A stretch of 63,472 nt of DNA. Source: Guillardia theta CCMP2712. Taxonomy: Eukaryota; Protista; Cryptophyta. This document shows positions 1-12,770 of this stretch, piece by piece. Position 1 is the first letter of the stretch; each line of letters starts with the position of its first letter. Made by a program: the position numbers and the translations under genes. The notes below the pieces were generated by a model that did not search any database, had not been told where the DNA came from, and saw nothing but the letters and a program-made list of their open reading frames with translations. The DNA lies in assembly GCF_000315625.1 (NCBI RefSeq), contig NW_005434646.1, positions 248,529 through 312,000 on the forward strand, read 5' to 3'.

Positions 1-1066
1 ACACCAGCAGCACCAGCAGCATCAGCATCACTACCACCACCACAACCTCCACCCCCATCACCACCCCCACTCATCATCATCATCATCATCATCATCATCA
101 GCCTACATTCGAGTGCGAGTGAAGATAAGCCCCGGTCGCCTTGTGCTTGAGGCGGAAGCGCTTTCCTGGGACGAGCACCGTGAGGAGGCGAAGGTAGTGG
201 AGGGCAAGAGACCTCTCTTCCAATAATCCTCATCTTTCATCTCGACCACCCACTCATCGCCTGAGTCGCCTGCAGTATCCAACAACAATTACTCGGGCCG
301 CTGGAAGTAGAGCAGCACTACACCTGACGACTTGTCTCCGAACCCGCTCACTTCCTGCTGCTTTGAGAGCGGCGACTCAAAGAAATGGCTGTGGAGGTTT
401 CGTTTGGTCTGCATGTAACAAAGACATCTCGATTAAACCAGGTGCCAGGGTTTCTCTGAGCTCAAACTCACGTTCAGATGAGTCAGGCGGATTGTGTCGC
501 CGTTCTTGATCTGTCAGGAGGATCAGGGTGATCAGGGGAACACAACATTTCAGGTTTCAAGGGACGGAGAAAAGGAAGGAGCTAGTCAAACCTGAGTGCC
601 CTGGGGGCATTGCTTTCCATGTTCACCGCGGACAACCCACAGACTACCACATAAATCAAATGAAACAAGTTTCCACGTCTCGGTACCTGTTGGGGTCCGC
701 TAAGAAGCTGACGGCCGTCACTGCACAGATTCCGTCACGGCGAGGAGAAGAGAGGAAGGAAAGGGTTTCTTCGCACCAGATTGTTGACGAGATCCGGATC
801 CGTACGCTACTTCATGCGAGTGCAGCCGGTACCTGTTGAAACTCGCTTAGATGGAGGGCGGAGGCGGAGGAAGGTTGAACCGACCTTGACTGTACATGCA
901 CCAGGTTGATCGCCGATCCACAAGTTACAACCTCGAATTCTTTCGACAAGGATCAGGGAAAGCATCGCCAAAGAAAGCTTCTAGCGACACCTTGCCCCTC
1001 ATCGTCGTTGGCTGCCACTGACTTCAGCGCGAGGAGGATACACGCTGCAAGCACGAAACTCCGCAT
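1..1066 (-). CDS. SDF2: Stromal cell-derived factor 2-like (MIR domain) ER protein, multi-exon, 3' end probably outside the window
   Basis: Manual translation gives a signal peptide MRSFVLAACILLALKSVAA (ATG 1066), then exons EFEVVTCGSAINLVHVQS, YRLHSHEVAYGSGSRQQS and DSGDEWVVEMKDEDYWKR. These match SDF2/SDF2L1 motifs (VTCGS, RLHSH..YGSGSGQQSVT). Confidence 0.9.
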
Positions 1067-2204
1067 CTGGCCATCCAAGTCAGAGGGTCGGTGTCAAATC
1101 ATTTGCAGGGTCAATAGACAGAGCCAGCGAGGTGACGTGAAGAGCAGCACATGTCAAATTTAACTCAGGTGTGCCAACGTAGCATTTCGCTCCCCCACCT
1201 CCTGTCCTGTCTTGTCGGCTGCTCTTCGTACACACCCACCTTCTAGCATAGCATCCATATGTCTGCTGTTCTATAGTCGATTTGTTTCAAAGACCATTCT
1301 CCTGATTTCCTCGACTACTATGAACGACTAGAGAAATATTCTTCTTGCCCTCTCACCCTCACCCTCACTATTACCCTCTTTTTCTCCTTCTCTTTAGCAG
1401 CAGCAACCTAGAACTTCCTTTGTGACTTCATGATTGATCCTGTTCAGTCAATCCTATCCCCTTCCTCCTCCTTGAACTCGTTCATCTTCGTCGACTTCAC
1501 CATCACCGCACTCCCTGCCTTGACACGCTGATCCTTGGCAGCTCTGCCCTCCAGCTGATTTTCGCGCCTTGGTTCTGATCCAACTTCCTCCTCCTTTCCT
1601 CTGCTCTTCCAAAGTTTCACCCTGTTCTTTCTCCTATCTCAGCTTTCCTCCTCCTCCTCCTCCTCACCCTCCTCACCCTCCCCCGCCTCCCATCTCGAAC
1701 TGCACACATTCCACACTGCCATGCTGCTATCGCTGTCGGGGGAGGGGTAAGGTAGATATCCTTGAAGGGGTGGAGATAGCAATTGGGTAGGTAGGGGTAC
1801 CAAATTTCGAGATTTCAGGGGTATATGTCATCAGACAGATTAGGGGTAGAGGTAGCAAAATAAGGGGTACTCAATTGAATTGGGGGGTTGGGGATTCTGT
1901 TTGCTGGGGACGTCATCTAGAACATTCACGCATTTCGTGAGGGTAGGTGGTAAGATAGAAGCATAAGGTAGGGGTGAACTACCCTACCCATACTTATATC
2001 CTTTCACTGACCTCATCATTACGGGTAATGATGGAGTTTCATTTGATTGGGAGGTGGTCACACAACTGTAGAATGGGGTGGGTAGTCAAGAGAGGGGTAG
2101 AATTTGGGTCAGAAGGAGGGGTAGGCCGAGTTTGATGGTTGTGGTGAGAGCGACTACAACAATGGCTGTGAACAAGACGACGACGGGGACAACGACAAGG
2201 ACGA

Positions 2205-2212
<8 letters not shown>

Positions 2213-2237
<25 letters not shown>

Positions 2238-3024
2238 CGATCGTAAGCATGTTGTTGGTTGTGACATGTCAAGCACAAACAGTGGAAGAAGCTTCAAGCA
2301 CCTCAAGAAGAGCTGACGTGCCGCCTGAGGTCAAGGGCCAGGTGAGATGCCATATTCGAGTGTTGAGACGTCAGAGAGCGATTCATGCTGTTCCATCGTG
2401 TCATCTCGTTGCGAACTTGTGTGGTGATGGAACTATCTTTGATTCGACATGGTATTCCTCCGTATGTAGATGTTGACTCGTTCCTCTTCACAGGAGCAAC
2501 TTTTCTTCTTGCACCGTGGTCCTCAGGATGGGATGCATATCTACAACAGCATGGTGCCACCTACATCGCCGAAGAAGATTCGCCTGCCCTTGTCCGATGA
2601 AGACGAGCTGAAGTTCGTGTGCGCAAGGGAAGCGCTTCAAGAGTTGGTAAAACAAGAAGCTTCGGTGACAGTCGACGTGAGGGACAAAGGCACGAAGGAC
2701 TCGGTGCTGGCGAAGTCAGGACGGCATGAAGGCGAGCTTCACAATCATCTTCTGCATGCGATCAAGGATGGCATGACGTTGCAGGAGGCAAAGATAGGGA
2801 TGGTCATAGCCCAGTTCGAATCCCTGGATGCCGAGCTGCAGCGGAAGGCGCTGGAGCAGGGGAAAGCGAGGATCGAAAAGATGCCAGAGGACGCAAAGAA
2901 GAGGATGCGACACAACCTGATGGTTCACAATGAGATCGAGCGGGTCGAGCTTGAGGCTACTGAGGACAAGGAAGGCTGGTTCAAAAGAAAGTTTCAGTCA
3001 GGGGCGACACCCGTCGTGGCTTAG
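2213..3024 (+). CDS. Hypothetical protein, probably 2 exons (intron ~2342-2492), possible signal peptide
   Basis: Exon ending VPPEVKGQ|gtgag joins cacag|EQLFFLHRG in ORF 2470..3024. No family recognised; start codon uncertain. Confidence 0.5.
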
Positions 3025-3241
3025 CGACAAATGTCAGGAGGGAGGAGAGGGAGAAGGTAGAGGCAGCAGGAGGGCGGGGGAGGAAGAGAGGAAGTTTCGA
3101 TGTATCATAGCGTCGTAGCCTTGCCATCTCTTGCTGCGTCACAAGGGCGAGTGTGACTGTGTTTCACTCGACGAATGCGATACCAAGAGGGTGATGATAA
3201 AAAGGCAACGAATTTAGGGCGATGAAAAGAGTTCAGTGTAT

Positions 3242-5509
3242 TCAAGTCTTCCTCATCTGCTTCGCGGGAGGTTGGCCTTCGACGTCCGGCGTACCACCGC
3301 CTTTGGGAGGCTTGAAGCGGTAGAAATGAGGAGCAACTTCACTCAGCCAGTGCCTGCAGCGATGGGGTCAAGGGCTCGAAGTACAAGAAGGAAGTGATCT
3401 ACGGTTCGATGGAGCAGACGCCGATGATGTATGGCTTCGTGGTAACTATCAGCTGCAAAGAAGCCGTCAAAGAAGCAAAGATACATGGAAACAGCGATGT
3501 AAACAAGAATATGAGCGATAAGATCGCAATCAAAGGTGGGAAAGCAACAACTGTCATCGTGTTCACCGCCCCACCTCGTGGTAGAGCACCCATTGTGCCC
3601 CTCGCTGGTGCATGACAGAGACAGGATGTATCTGAACGCGCTGCTCCCCACGGATCGTCTTGTACGCACCGTCCGCCTCTAGCTTAGCAGCATTGCAGAA
3701 GAATGCGCCGGCAATGCATCGACGCAGGACCTCCGATTCTCTCCCGCAGGAGACGAGAGGAACTCCGAGCTTGGAGACGTAGGCAGCCAGCTGCTTCCGC
3801 GTCTCGCACGCTCTTGTCATCGACCTGTAGTTGACGCGCCGAGCTTGACACCACTGTTGACTTCGCTTGCTTGACTCGAAGGCGTTGTAAACATTGACTA
3901 GCGTCAATTGATCGCCTTCCCGCACGGCATAATGACGCCTGGCGCTCTTTTCATCTGCCGCGCCATCTTGTACGAAGACATTCTGAACTGAGAACATGGC
4001 GGCGATGGTGAGCGCTTCTTCCGAGCATCCTCCCTTGCCCGAAGAGAGCAGAAATTTTGCAAGGGGAGGCTCCAAGGGAAACTCAGCCATCTGCAGCCCC
4101 AGCGGCTCCGTTAGTTTCGCATCGTCGTCAAGGGCCCCCAGTGCGTAGAGGATTTCGAGCGCTCTTGCCAGGCTCAGCGCCGGAGGAGGAGACGGGAAGT
4201 CGAAATGAAGAACGTCGTCGACCCCAAGCGCCTTGAGCTGCAGGATAACAGCTACTAAGTCCGACCTCTGCATCTCGGGTATGGAAGCTACTGGCAGTGA
4301 CCTGAAATCTTTCTCTGTGCACATTCTGTAGGCCTTTCCTGACCGCACACGCCCTGCTCTCCCTGATCGCTGCACGGCACTCGCAGCGGAGACAGGCATC
4401 ACAGTCAGGTAGTCTACCCCGAGCTTCGCATTATACGACTTGATTTTCACAAACATGCAGTCCAACACATAAACGATCCCAGGAATGGTCACCGAAGTCT
4501 CCGCGATGTTTGTCGCCACAACAACTTTCCTGATCCCGGCCGGGGTATCCGCAAACGCCTCCATCTGTCGCTCGACAGCCAGCGCGGCGTACAGGGGGCA
4601 GGCGGAGATCGTGAGGCCGTGAGCCCCCTCCACAGGTTCAGCATGAAGAGCTGAGATCACGTAGTTCACCTCCTCTGCTCCCGTCAAGAACACCAGGATG
4701 TCACCCGGAGGCTCGCGAGCATGAATGGCGTTCACCGTCTCAACGCAGACCTTGACGTAGTCCTGACAGGGATCGGAGAGGTAATGGACGTCCACGGGAT
4801 AGATCCGCCCGGCCTCCATCGACATCACCGTGACACGCCCCAGCTTCCCGTCCTTGAAGGGAGGAGGACCTGGCTCGGGCTTGTCGCCTTGGAAGAAGTT
4901 CTTGAAGGCCTCGGCGTCGAGGGTGGCTGAAGAGACGATGATGCGAAGGTCCTTTCGTTTCCTCTGGATCTTCTTCAGGAGCCCGATCGCAATATCCGAG
5001 TAGATCCCTCGTTCGTGCGCCTCGTCCACCATGATCACAGAGTACCTGCTCAGTAGTGGATCGCTCATCATCTCGCGCAGCAAGATCCCGTCTGTCATGA
5101 ACTTCACCCTCGTCCTGAAGTGATCCGTCATGTTGTCAAACCGTATCGAGTACCCGCACTCCTTCCCCAGCTCTACGCCCATCTCTTGCGCCACCCTTGC
5201 AGCGAGGGTTGTCGCCGCAACTCGACGCGGCTGCGTGCAGATCACAACCCTTCCTCCATCCGCCCACCCTGCTTCGAAAAGATACTGAGGGATTTGTGTG
5301 CTCTTGCCGCTGCCTGTCTCCCCAACAACGATGATCGTCCTGTAGTTCTCGAGGAGGTACAAGATGTGCGAGCGATTCTTATAGATAGGAAGCTTCTTTC
5401 TCTGAACCGATATGGGCAGATGTTTCATCTTGTTGACGATGACGTCGCATTTCTCGTCGACGGCTCGCTCAATGGTCGCTCCAGGACCCTTCGTTCCTGG
5501 TTTCCACAT
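3242..5509 (-). CDS. DHX35: DEAH-box RNA helicase DHX35-like, with two short 3' introns
   Basis: Motifs GETGSGKSTQIPQ, TQPRRVAA, DEAH, SAT, TNIAETS and QRSGRAGR, plus the HA2/OB region. Terminal exons read LIVTTKPYIIGVCSIE and HWLSEVAPHFYR...KT* (stop at 3242). Confidence 0.92.
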
Positions 5510-5994
5510 GGTCGGCTAGCTTTCAGACTTCACAGAGCTTCTGCTCTAGAGTGTATCCTAGGGGAATCGTCGACTAGCTCAATCGATGGCGGCGGTTGGA
5601 AAATTTGCCGGGCATCTTTATGCAACAGAGAAAGTGAGTCGATTGAGCAGAGAAATGAAAAGGCGATGAAGCAAATCTTTCCTTCATGAGCGAAGAGGGG
5701 AGAGAGCAAGAGAATACGGGGGGAACAGAAGGAGACAAACGGAGAAGAACAAAGGGAGTTGATTTTCAAGAGATCACGGGCGTCAAAGGATATAGAATTG
5801 CAATTCGATCCTAGGGATACGTCATGGTTTCATGTCAATGCTATTTCTCAGTCGTACTCCTAAGCCTCATCGTTTTCCTTCTCCCGCAACCTCTGTCTCC
5901 TCAACCTTTCTCCCTCCCGCCCACATGCTTGTTATTTCCTTCCTCGCTATCAGCCAATCCCCTCCCTCTTCCCTCGCTGATCATTCATCCTTCT

Positions 5995-6170
5995 TTTGCC
6001 TCCTCCCCTCCCCTCCCCTCCCCTCCCCTCCCCTCTCCTCCCCTCTCCTCCCCTCCCCTCCCCTCCCCTCTCCTCCCCTCCCCTCTCCTTTCTTCCCCTC
6101 CCCTCCCCTCCCCTTTCTTCCCCTCCCCTCCCCTCCCCTCCACTCCCCTCCCCTCCCCTCTCCCTCCCTC
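5995..6170 (+). repeat. (CCCCT)n-type polypyrimidine microsatellite
   Basis: Degenerate ccctc/ctccc pentamer array, seen directly. Confidence 0.9.
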
Positions 6171-6339
6171 GCATCTCCCCGCTTCCTCTCCTTTTCCGAG
6201 TTCCCCTCAGAGGAATACAAACTCCTGATCGGGGAGCGATCACGCATTGCGCGCGTGCTCCGACAGGAAGGGGCGAGTGGAGAATGTGGGGGGTGGGGAG
6301 CAGCGAAGAGGAGGAGGAGCGATAGATGAGGAGGAGGAG

Positions 6340-7821
6340 ATGAGGAGAGGACAAGACAAGACCAGGAGCGAAGCGAACCAGCGTTTCCGCGAAGGTAACT
6401 ACGAAGAAGCGCTAGCTACGTACCACGACCTGTTCCGTACCAACGAAGCCGATCGCTTCGCGCTCGAGCATGCGATCGAATGCGCGCTGAGATGTTCGAG
6501 GAACGATCTTGTCTATGAGTTGTTCGTCAGAGCCTGCGCTCTCTACCCAACGGAGGAAACTCTGATCGCAAAGGCTGTACAGGCCCTCGCCTCCTCAAAC
6601 AAGGCTTCCAAGGCCCTGGCCACCCTGGCCATGCACGGTGATCTGTCGGTCATGACGAAGATCAGGCTCAACAACCTGCTGGCAAGCTCCTCTCCCACTT
6701 GCCTCTTCCTCCTCCATGGCGTCCTTGTCGACGGCAGGGGGGGGCAGCAGTGTTTCTTCAGGACCGAAACCCCGATACCTACCGGGACTTGCGTGCTGAG
6801 GGAGAAACCTTTCCTGCCGTGGACTAAGAACGAGCTGCAAGACGACGACTGTCTGAGCAGGTTCATCGGAGCAGAAGAGGAGGACCTTGACAGCACAGAG
6901 GGCCTCTACCCGCGCTCCTACGACGAGCGCCTGGAGGACGTGGAGGTGCTCCAAGGGCTCGGCGACAGGATCCGCCAGCTGGATCCAAGCTTGTCGAGGG
7001 AGCGGGTTGAGAAGCTGAGGCTAGTCCTGTCGCGCTGCAAGATGTGCGCGTTCGAAACCGGGCTGCACCACCTGTCAGCGTTCTTCGACCACTCCTGCTC
7101 GCCCAACTGCGAGGTGCGGGGGGAGGAGAACATCGAGGTCTACTCGATCAGAGACGTGGCAGCTGGGGAGGAGCTGACCATCGCCTACTCTCTGAGTCTC
7201 GACTACCCTGTGGAAATGAGGAGGATCTTCCTCCAGACGAACTTCGGGTTCCGGTGTGAGTGCCCCCGCTGTCGAGCTGAGCAGGAGCTGGGCGAGCCCT
7301 GCTCGGAGGAGGACTTCATGCGCTATCAGACCAACATGGTGGCAGCTCTGAACGGGATACAGGACGACCCTCTGTATACTACTCTCCTGCGCTCGGACAT
7401 AGAGGGCTGGATGCAGATCTCGTGGAAAGTTGTTGACGTGCTCGGGAAGCTATCTCTGGCATACTCGGAGTACCTAAGGACCGCCTACGAGACTGTAGCA
7501 ACGGCCCCCCGGGATCGCCTGCGGAGTACCTGTGAAACTCTCGTCTCCGGCAAGGTCGTGGAGAACACCGTCCTGCTGTACAGGCTGAGGAGCGAGTACC
7601 TGCCCGAGAGCTCCTACTCGCTCGACCCTCTGCGAGAAATCCTCTTCCTCGCCCTCTCGATCGCGTTCAAGGCTGATGCCTCCCTTGCTGTGCAAGGCCT
7701 CGATGACCCTGATGGGCTGCAGCTACTGTGGGAGGCCTGCGAGCTCGGGAAGCCGATCGGGAGCCTGGTGAGGGACTTTCCCTCCCCTGAGTGGTTCGTA
7801 GAGAGACAGATCAGATACTGA
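6340..7821 (+). CDS. TPR + SET-domain (SMYD-like) lysine methyltransferase
   Basis: N-terminal TPR-like ANQRFREGNYEEAL; SET motifs FFDHSCSPNC and GEELTIAY; post-SET FGFRCECPRC. Intronless ORF. Confidence 0.85.
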   Translation: MRRGQDKTRSEANQRFREGNYEEALATYHDLFRTNEADRFALEHAIECALRCSRNDLVYELFVRACALYPTEETLIAKAVQALASSNKASKALATLAMHGDLSVMTKIRLNNLLASSSPTCLFLLHGVLVDGRGGQQCFFRTETPIPTGTCVLREKPFLPWTKNELQDDDCLSRFIGAEEEDLDSTEGLYPRSYDERLEDVEVLQGLGDRIRQLDPSLSRERVEKLRLVLSRCKMCAFETGLHHLSAFFDHSCSPNCEVRGEENIEVYSIRDVAAGEELTIAYSLSLDYPVEMRRIFLQTNFGFRCECPRCRAEQELGEPCSEEDFMRYQTNMVAALNGIQDDPLYTTLLRSDIEGWMQISWKVVDVLGKLSLAYSEYLRTAYETVATAPRDRLRSTCETLVSGKVVENTVLLYRLRSEYLPESSYSLDPLREILFLALSIAFKADASLAVQGLDDPDGLQLLWEACELGKPIGSLVRDFPSPEWFVERQIRY

Positions 7822-8223
7822 GCGCTCTCGTCCCCTCCTGAGCCCTCCTACTCCACTGACAGCAACCACCACCACCACCACCGCCAAAGTCACCACCACT
7901 TTAAATTTCTTAGGCACATACAGGCACTGAAGCTGTAGAGATTAGATGTGAATAGATCACTTTGAACTTTGAAGTAAACACACGTCACATGAAGCATCTA
8001 AGTGACGCCGTTTCCCGGCCGGGCCCATGGACACGGTACTGTCATCCTCCCGGCCCGGGAGTACTCCGAGAGCACTGCGTGTGGTAGACTTTACTCAAAG
8101 TTACGAACGAGGACAATCAGGTGAGTAGAGGACCAGTACGGGCCGTACTGCTGATACGCGGCTCGCTATGACTGACGTTACGTGGCGGTTATGTTTGTCA
8201 AATTGACCTGGCTGTTGACAAGA

Positions 8224-11200
8224 ATGACTTCGACCGCCATGCAAGGAGCGGCGATGGTGGTGGTGGCGGAGGCGAAAGGCGTGAAGGACTTACAGAGCAG
8301 CGAGCCGCCGAACGTCTATTGCAAGGTAGAGGGAGGAAGGGAGGAAGGAGAGGGAGAGGGGAAGGGAAGAGATGTGTCGAGGAGGAGGGCCAGGAGATCG
8401 TAAGGTGAAGGATGCAGAGGAAAGGATGAGGGATGGCGAGACGAGGAGAAATAGGAAGGGAAGGAGGGATTGGTGTGGGATAGCAGACAAAATAATTTGT
8501 TGGCGAAGATTCAGATATCGAAACACAACGAGGTCGTCGGCAATGCGTTTTTCACCGAGATATGCCGTGGAACTTCAGACCCTGTCTGGAATCAGCAGGT
8601 GGATCTGAGCTGGGATGAGTGTGAGATGAGACAGATTCTCGCAGTTTGCCATCACCATAGACGACCCCGACACCTCATTGTTGGAGATTACTGGTACCTC
8701 CTCCTTCTCCTCTTCTCCTACTCACCCTGCTGCCCAACTTCAGTTTGCAACTCCTTGAACAAGCGGGAAAGTCGAATCCTGGGAGAGGTTGTGTTGGACC
8801 TATCCAAGTTGCAGGAGCATCAGGGAACAGTGATACATCATGACTTTGAAATCATCCTCACAAAAGAAGATCAAGACGATCAGGGTGGAAGGAGTCAGAA
8901 CGGTAAGGAGTGAAAGTGTAGCAAGTGCATTGCTAACAAAGCTCTCAGGAACTCTGCGACTCATGTTGCATTATGTCACTGCTGCTGATGTCCATCACCT
9001 GTATGATGAAGACGCAAACCTGGGGGGACCGTTCAAGGTTTGTGCCGGAAATGTGTCGGAAACTGTTTCTTTCAAGACTCATATGCGGCTGCAGGGCATG
9101 AACTCGAAACTACTTGTGGACAACGAGGAGGAGATGATGCGTGGTACGATTCGTTACCTTCACACTAGACGACTTGACGAGTGGCATGCAGGAAGGAATT
9201 TTCCGAATGAAGGAGCGGAGATGACGGGTGAAGGGAAAGAGCGTATGGATACGTACGGCAATGCTGCGCATCGACCCAGCCAAGGAGGTTCAATGACTGC
9301 GAGCAACTCCTTTGGGTTTCAGAGGGTCCCCTCGACTCTGAGTGTGGCCTCCAGCACCTTTGACGATACAGAGTTTGCTCGAACTTCGTCGAACTTCAGT
9401 TTGGCCATGAGCAGCTCGCAGACTTGGGAATCTGAGCTTGAGATGACGAATTTCTCTCAGAGCAGTAAGGCAGACAAGACCTGGTTGCGGGGGACGCGAG
9501 GTAGCTTGCAGACAAATGCACCCCAGAGAAATTCGTCGTCCAGAAGACGAAATGAGAATGTAAGACATCGAGAGGGTCAGGGAGGCTTTTGTATACAAAG
9601 TTGGCGAATTGACAGCGTGACAGCGAAATCTCAGATGAATGATGTTGTGGTACAGGAATCAAGGCCCACCAGCGAGTCTCAAGATACTTTGTTGATGTCT
9701 GTAGCGATCTTAGAGGCAAATCATATTCCTTCGTTGCATGGTTTTGGCAAACATCTGCGTCTTTACACGGTAAGTCATTGCATAAGAAGTATCCATTCTT
9801 TCTCGACGTGATAGGAAAAACAGAGCATGAATATTCTAGAGTCAGCTTTGGGTGGATTTGTCGCAAACCTTGAGCATTCAACGGAAGTGTGTGATTCTGC
9901 TGACTCTCCTCAATTTGATGAGCAGGCATGATGCCGTTTCTTTTTGCAATCCCCTAAAGCGCAACTAACATGCTTTTCACCAGTTCTTGTTTGACATTAG
10001 CAAGAACTCGCTGAAGGACAGATATATTCGTTTTGAATTGAGGTTCTCGTGCAAGAGGGACATTTGAGAAGGGTTTGACCCTCTCATAGAGACTCGAGAC
10101 CCGATGCCGTCGATGCAACCGTCGGCATGACGTCATTGATACCTGTAAGCTGCTTGTCGCAGTTGACTTGCCAACTCAACATTTCAAACAGCTCTCGCTT
10201 ATCTACAACAGCGGAAGAGTCGACGGTAATACATCACTTTCCCTAGCAGTCCTACGCCTCCTCCACTCCTCCTCCTCCTCCTCCTCCTCCTCTTGTTTCT
10301 CCCTCCTACCCTAACACTCCATCGCGCTCAGGTTGGTTCGACCTCCACGTGTCGGAAGAGACTACCGAGCCTCGGATGATCTCTCTGGTTGGTCCACCCG
10401 CGTGACGTTGGCGGTCTGACGGGACTCCAGGGGCCCTTGAGCCGGAACCTCACGAAGCAGCAAATCCACCTGATCCTGACATTTGACAAGCCCAAGGTAG
10501 GAGGCGGCGCAAGGTCAGGCTGGTGACGTGGGGGGGGCAGGAGAACGGATGGAACCAGAAGGTCAGGAAAGAAGTCAGGTTCAGTCATCAGCTGGAAGAG
10601 AGTCTGCGTCACGGGGTCGACTGCATGTCACAAGAAGTCGGAGTCTCCTTCTACCAGCAGGTCTTCGATTTTCCCAGCCCTCCTCGCGTTCACATCTTAC
10701 GCCATGCAGCGCATCCTCCCTGACGGGTCCTACGAGTTCCCCATGGTTCGAGAAGTATTGCCGGACAGTCCAATCAAGGGCCTCCCGCACGTGTCTATCA
10801 GTGCTGGTGCTCTTCCCCTCCCTCCCTTCCTACCTTACCCCACCGTCCTCCCGCCCTCCTGCTTTCTCGTCCTCCCTCCCGTCCTCCTTTACGTCCTCTC
10901 TTCCTTTCTGCTTCACCTCCCTGTCTTCCCTTACTCCTCCTGCAGGAGACTTCCTGGTGGACGTGGACGGGATCAACACTCACGGGCTCTCGTTGGAGCA
11001 GGTGACTTATCGGGGAGGGGGCGAAGCGCTGACCTTCGTCAGGTCCTCGGGTACCTGGCAGGCCCGGAAGGAGAACCGGTCACCATGATCTTTCGCTCGC
11101 CCACCGGTGGCTGAGAGGAGAGGAGGGGGGCAAGCCGGGGCGGGAGTGACGAACACCAGGAGCGAGCAACGAGACTGCCCTCAAGATCCTGACGGTACTT

Positions 11201-11568
11201 CGACGACGCTCGTTAGTGGCGCGGGAGCGAGGTGGTGTTGAAAGTCCGAAACCCCAGCGCTGACCCTCTGACCTGCGTCCTCAGCTCCGATCAGAAATGT
11301 CAGCCAACAACAGTCGTCATTGGGCAGGTCGTCAGTCTATTCCGTGGGAAGCCGCATCAAGTATGCGGATAGCTTCGAGTCCTCCATAGGAGCAGAGCGA
11401 GGTTGAACCCCCTCTCCTGGACTTGAAACTCGTTGCTGATTCCATGCAGTCATGGACTGGAGTAGGTATTCCATCGTTTCCAAGCTCTCACCCATCCCTA
11501 TGTTCCCACCATTCTCCGCAGGAAAGTACATTTTCAAGTAAAAAGCAACACAACCAACAACTGTCTTA
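8224..11568 (+). CDS. Multi-exon C2-domain + PDZ-domain protein
   Basis: C2 motifs VVVAEAKGVKD..PNVYCK and TSDPVWNQ; a second C2-like start SVAILEANHIP; PDZ-like VREVLPDSP..AGDFLVDVDGINTHGLSLEQV..LAGPEGEPVTMIF. The 3' end is approximate. Confidence 0.65.
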
Positions 11569-11612
11569 GACTTGCAAACTTGTTACAGCAGTATGGAACC
11601 CCCCAGCGGGGC

Positions 11613-11992
11613 TCATAGTTTCAATCCCATGCTTGACACAGATTGAGCTTCCCTGCCAGTCAACGTTCACCATCTCAAACTCAAAGACGCACGTTATGCC
11701 TCTCGGCCTCCTTCAGGGCAGCAGATTCTCTTCGAAGCTCCCTCACAACGTGGGCCAGCGCTTCAGGGTTAACACCATTCTCTGAAACAGAGTCAGCATC
11801 GTCCTTGCAAAATTCAATATGCTACCACAGAGTTCGATCAGGATGTTCAACGTGGGTTTGTCGAGGCCGGTATTCAACAAGTTCGACATCTCGAACAGAA
11901 CTAACAGGAAACTATCAAGGAAGATCTTTCTTGGCAGAAACGTGCAAGTAACCTTCGGATGTTTCCGCTGCATCTGCTGCGGCGCGAGACAT
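11613..11992 (-). CDS. MZT1: Mitotic-spindle organizing protein 1 (MOZART1/GIP1), multi-exon
   Basis: Spliced translation [43 protein letters not shown] matches the MZT1 consensus (L.TGLD..TL.I...LCE.G.NPEAL..V.KELR). Confidence 0.92.
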
Positions 11993-12213
11993 TAAGTGTG
12001 GTCGTTTCGCCTGCAGCACGAACACCTCAAAAGATGTTGTAGAACTATACAATCAATGTTGTTTAGGTTCCACACCAACCTTGATCAACCCTTCCTCAAT
12101 CCTCTAACATCCTCCCTTTTCCATTGTATCATCACCCAGTTCCTTCCCTCTTCCTGTCCTTCTTCTCTCTCTCTCTCTCCCTCTCCCTCCCTCTTGTCAA
12201 GCCATGCAACCCT

Positions 12214-12232
12214 CTGCTCCTGCTCCTGCTCA

Positions 12233-12322
<90 letters not shown>
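12214..12322 (+). repeat. (TGCTCC)n hexamer microsatellite
   Basis: Seen directly. Confidence 0.95.
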
Positions 12323-12332
12323 AGGCTGCTCC

Positions 12333-12345
12333 TTTGGCGGGAAAA
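12333..12345 (+). promoter_or_regulatory. E2F-like site TTTGGCGGGAAAA upstream of MZT1
   Basis: Matches the E2F consensus (TTTSSCGS / GGCGGGAAA), ~340 nt upstream of the MZT1 ATG. Confidence 0.4.
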
Positions 12346-12487
12346 AAACTCATCCCCCTCATCTCCGAGTCCGCCTAGCCCGGCCAAGCACTCACTGGCA
12401 CACTGTCACTGAACACTCAGGCTCGGATAATATGGCGCGGCCCGGCTCTGTGCTCGGACAGTGTCAGGGTCAACTTGCGGCCTTCTC

Positions 12488-12534
12488 GTCTCTCCTGATT
12501 GTCCTCGTGCTGATTTTTAACTTAACTTTGAGTA
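12488..12534 (+). promoter_or_regulatory. Conserved ~47-nt intergenic motif, copy 1
   Basis: 45/47 identical to 21867-21913; partial copies at 8092-8125 (-) and 37349-37375. Confidence 0.75.
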
Positions 12535-12770
12535 CATGAACTTCAAGGAGTCAGTGATAGCTGGCCGGGCCGCCGAAAAAAAGGATGTCCACTAGGTCAC
12601 CCAGTCGAAAAATGTTTCATAGTTTCAGAACTTAGTCAGTGCTTTCCCGGAAGCCTGATAGGGGCTGTCGCGTTCGTTGCCGGGTTCGAATTGACTCAAT
12701 CGATGCACTGGCTGGCCAGCGACGGTCACATGATGAGTTTTAAATCGAAAATGGATATGCATGCAGAGTG

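Noticed and set aside
1735-2130. Interstitial telomere repeats
   Set aside because: The motifs are dispersed GGGGTA words, not tandem TTTAGGG/TTAGGG arrays.
5824-6354. Pro-rich and Gly/Arg-rich ORFs (also at 12085-12539, 17353-17764, 57690-58333, 58764-59594)
   Set aside because: Translations of microsatellites or purine-rich introns.
12680-12692. GGGTTCGAAT B-box/T-loop-like motif (tRNA or SINE?)
   Set aside because: No cloverleaf, acceptor stem or convincing A-box.
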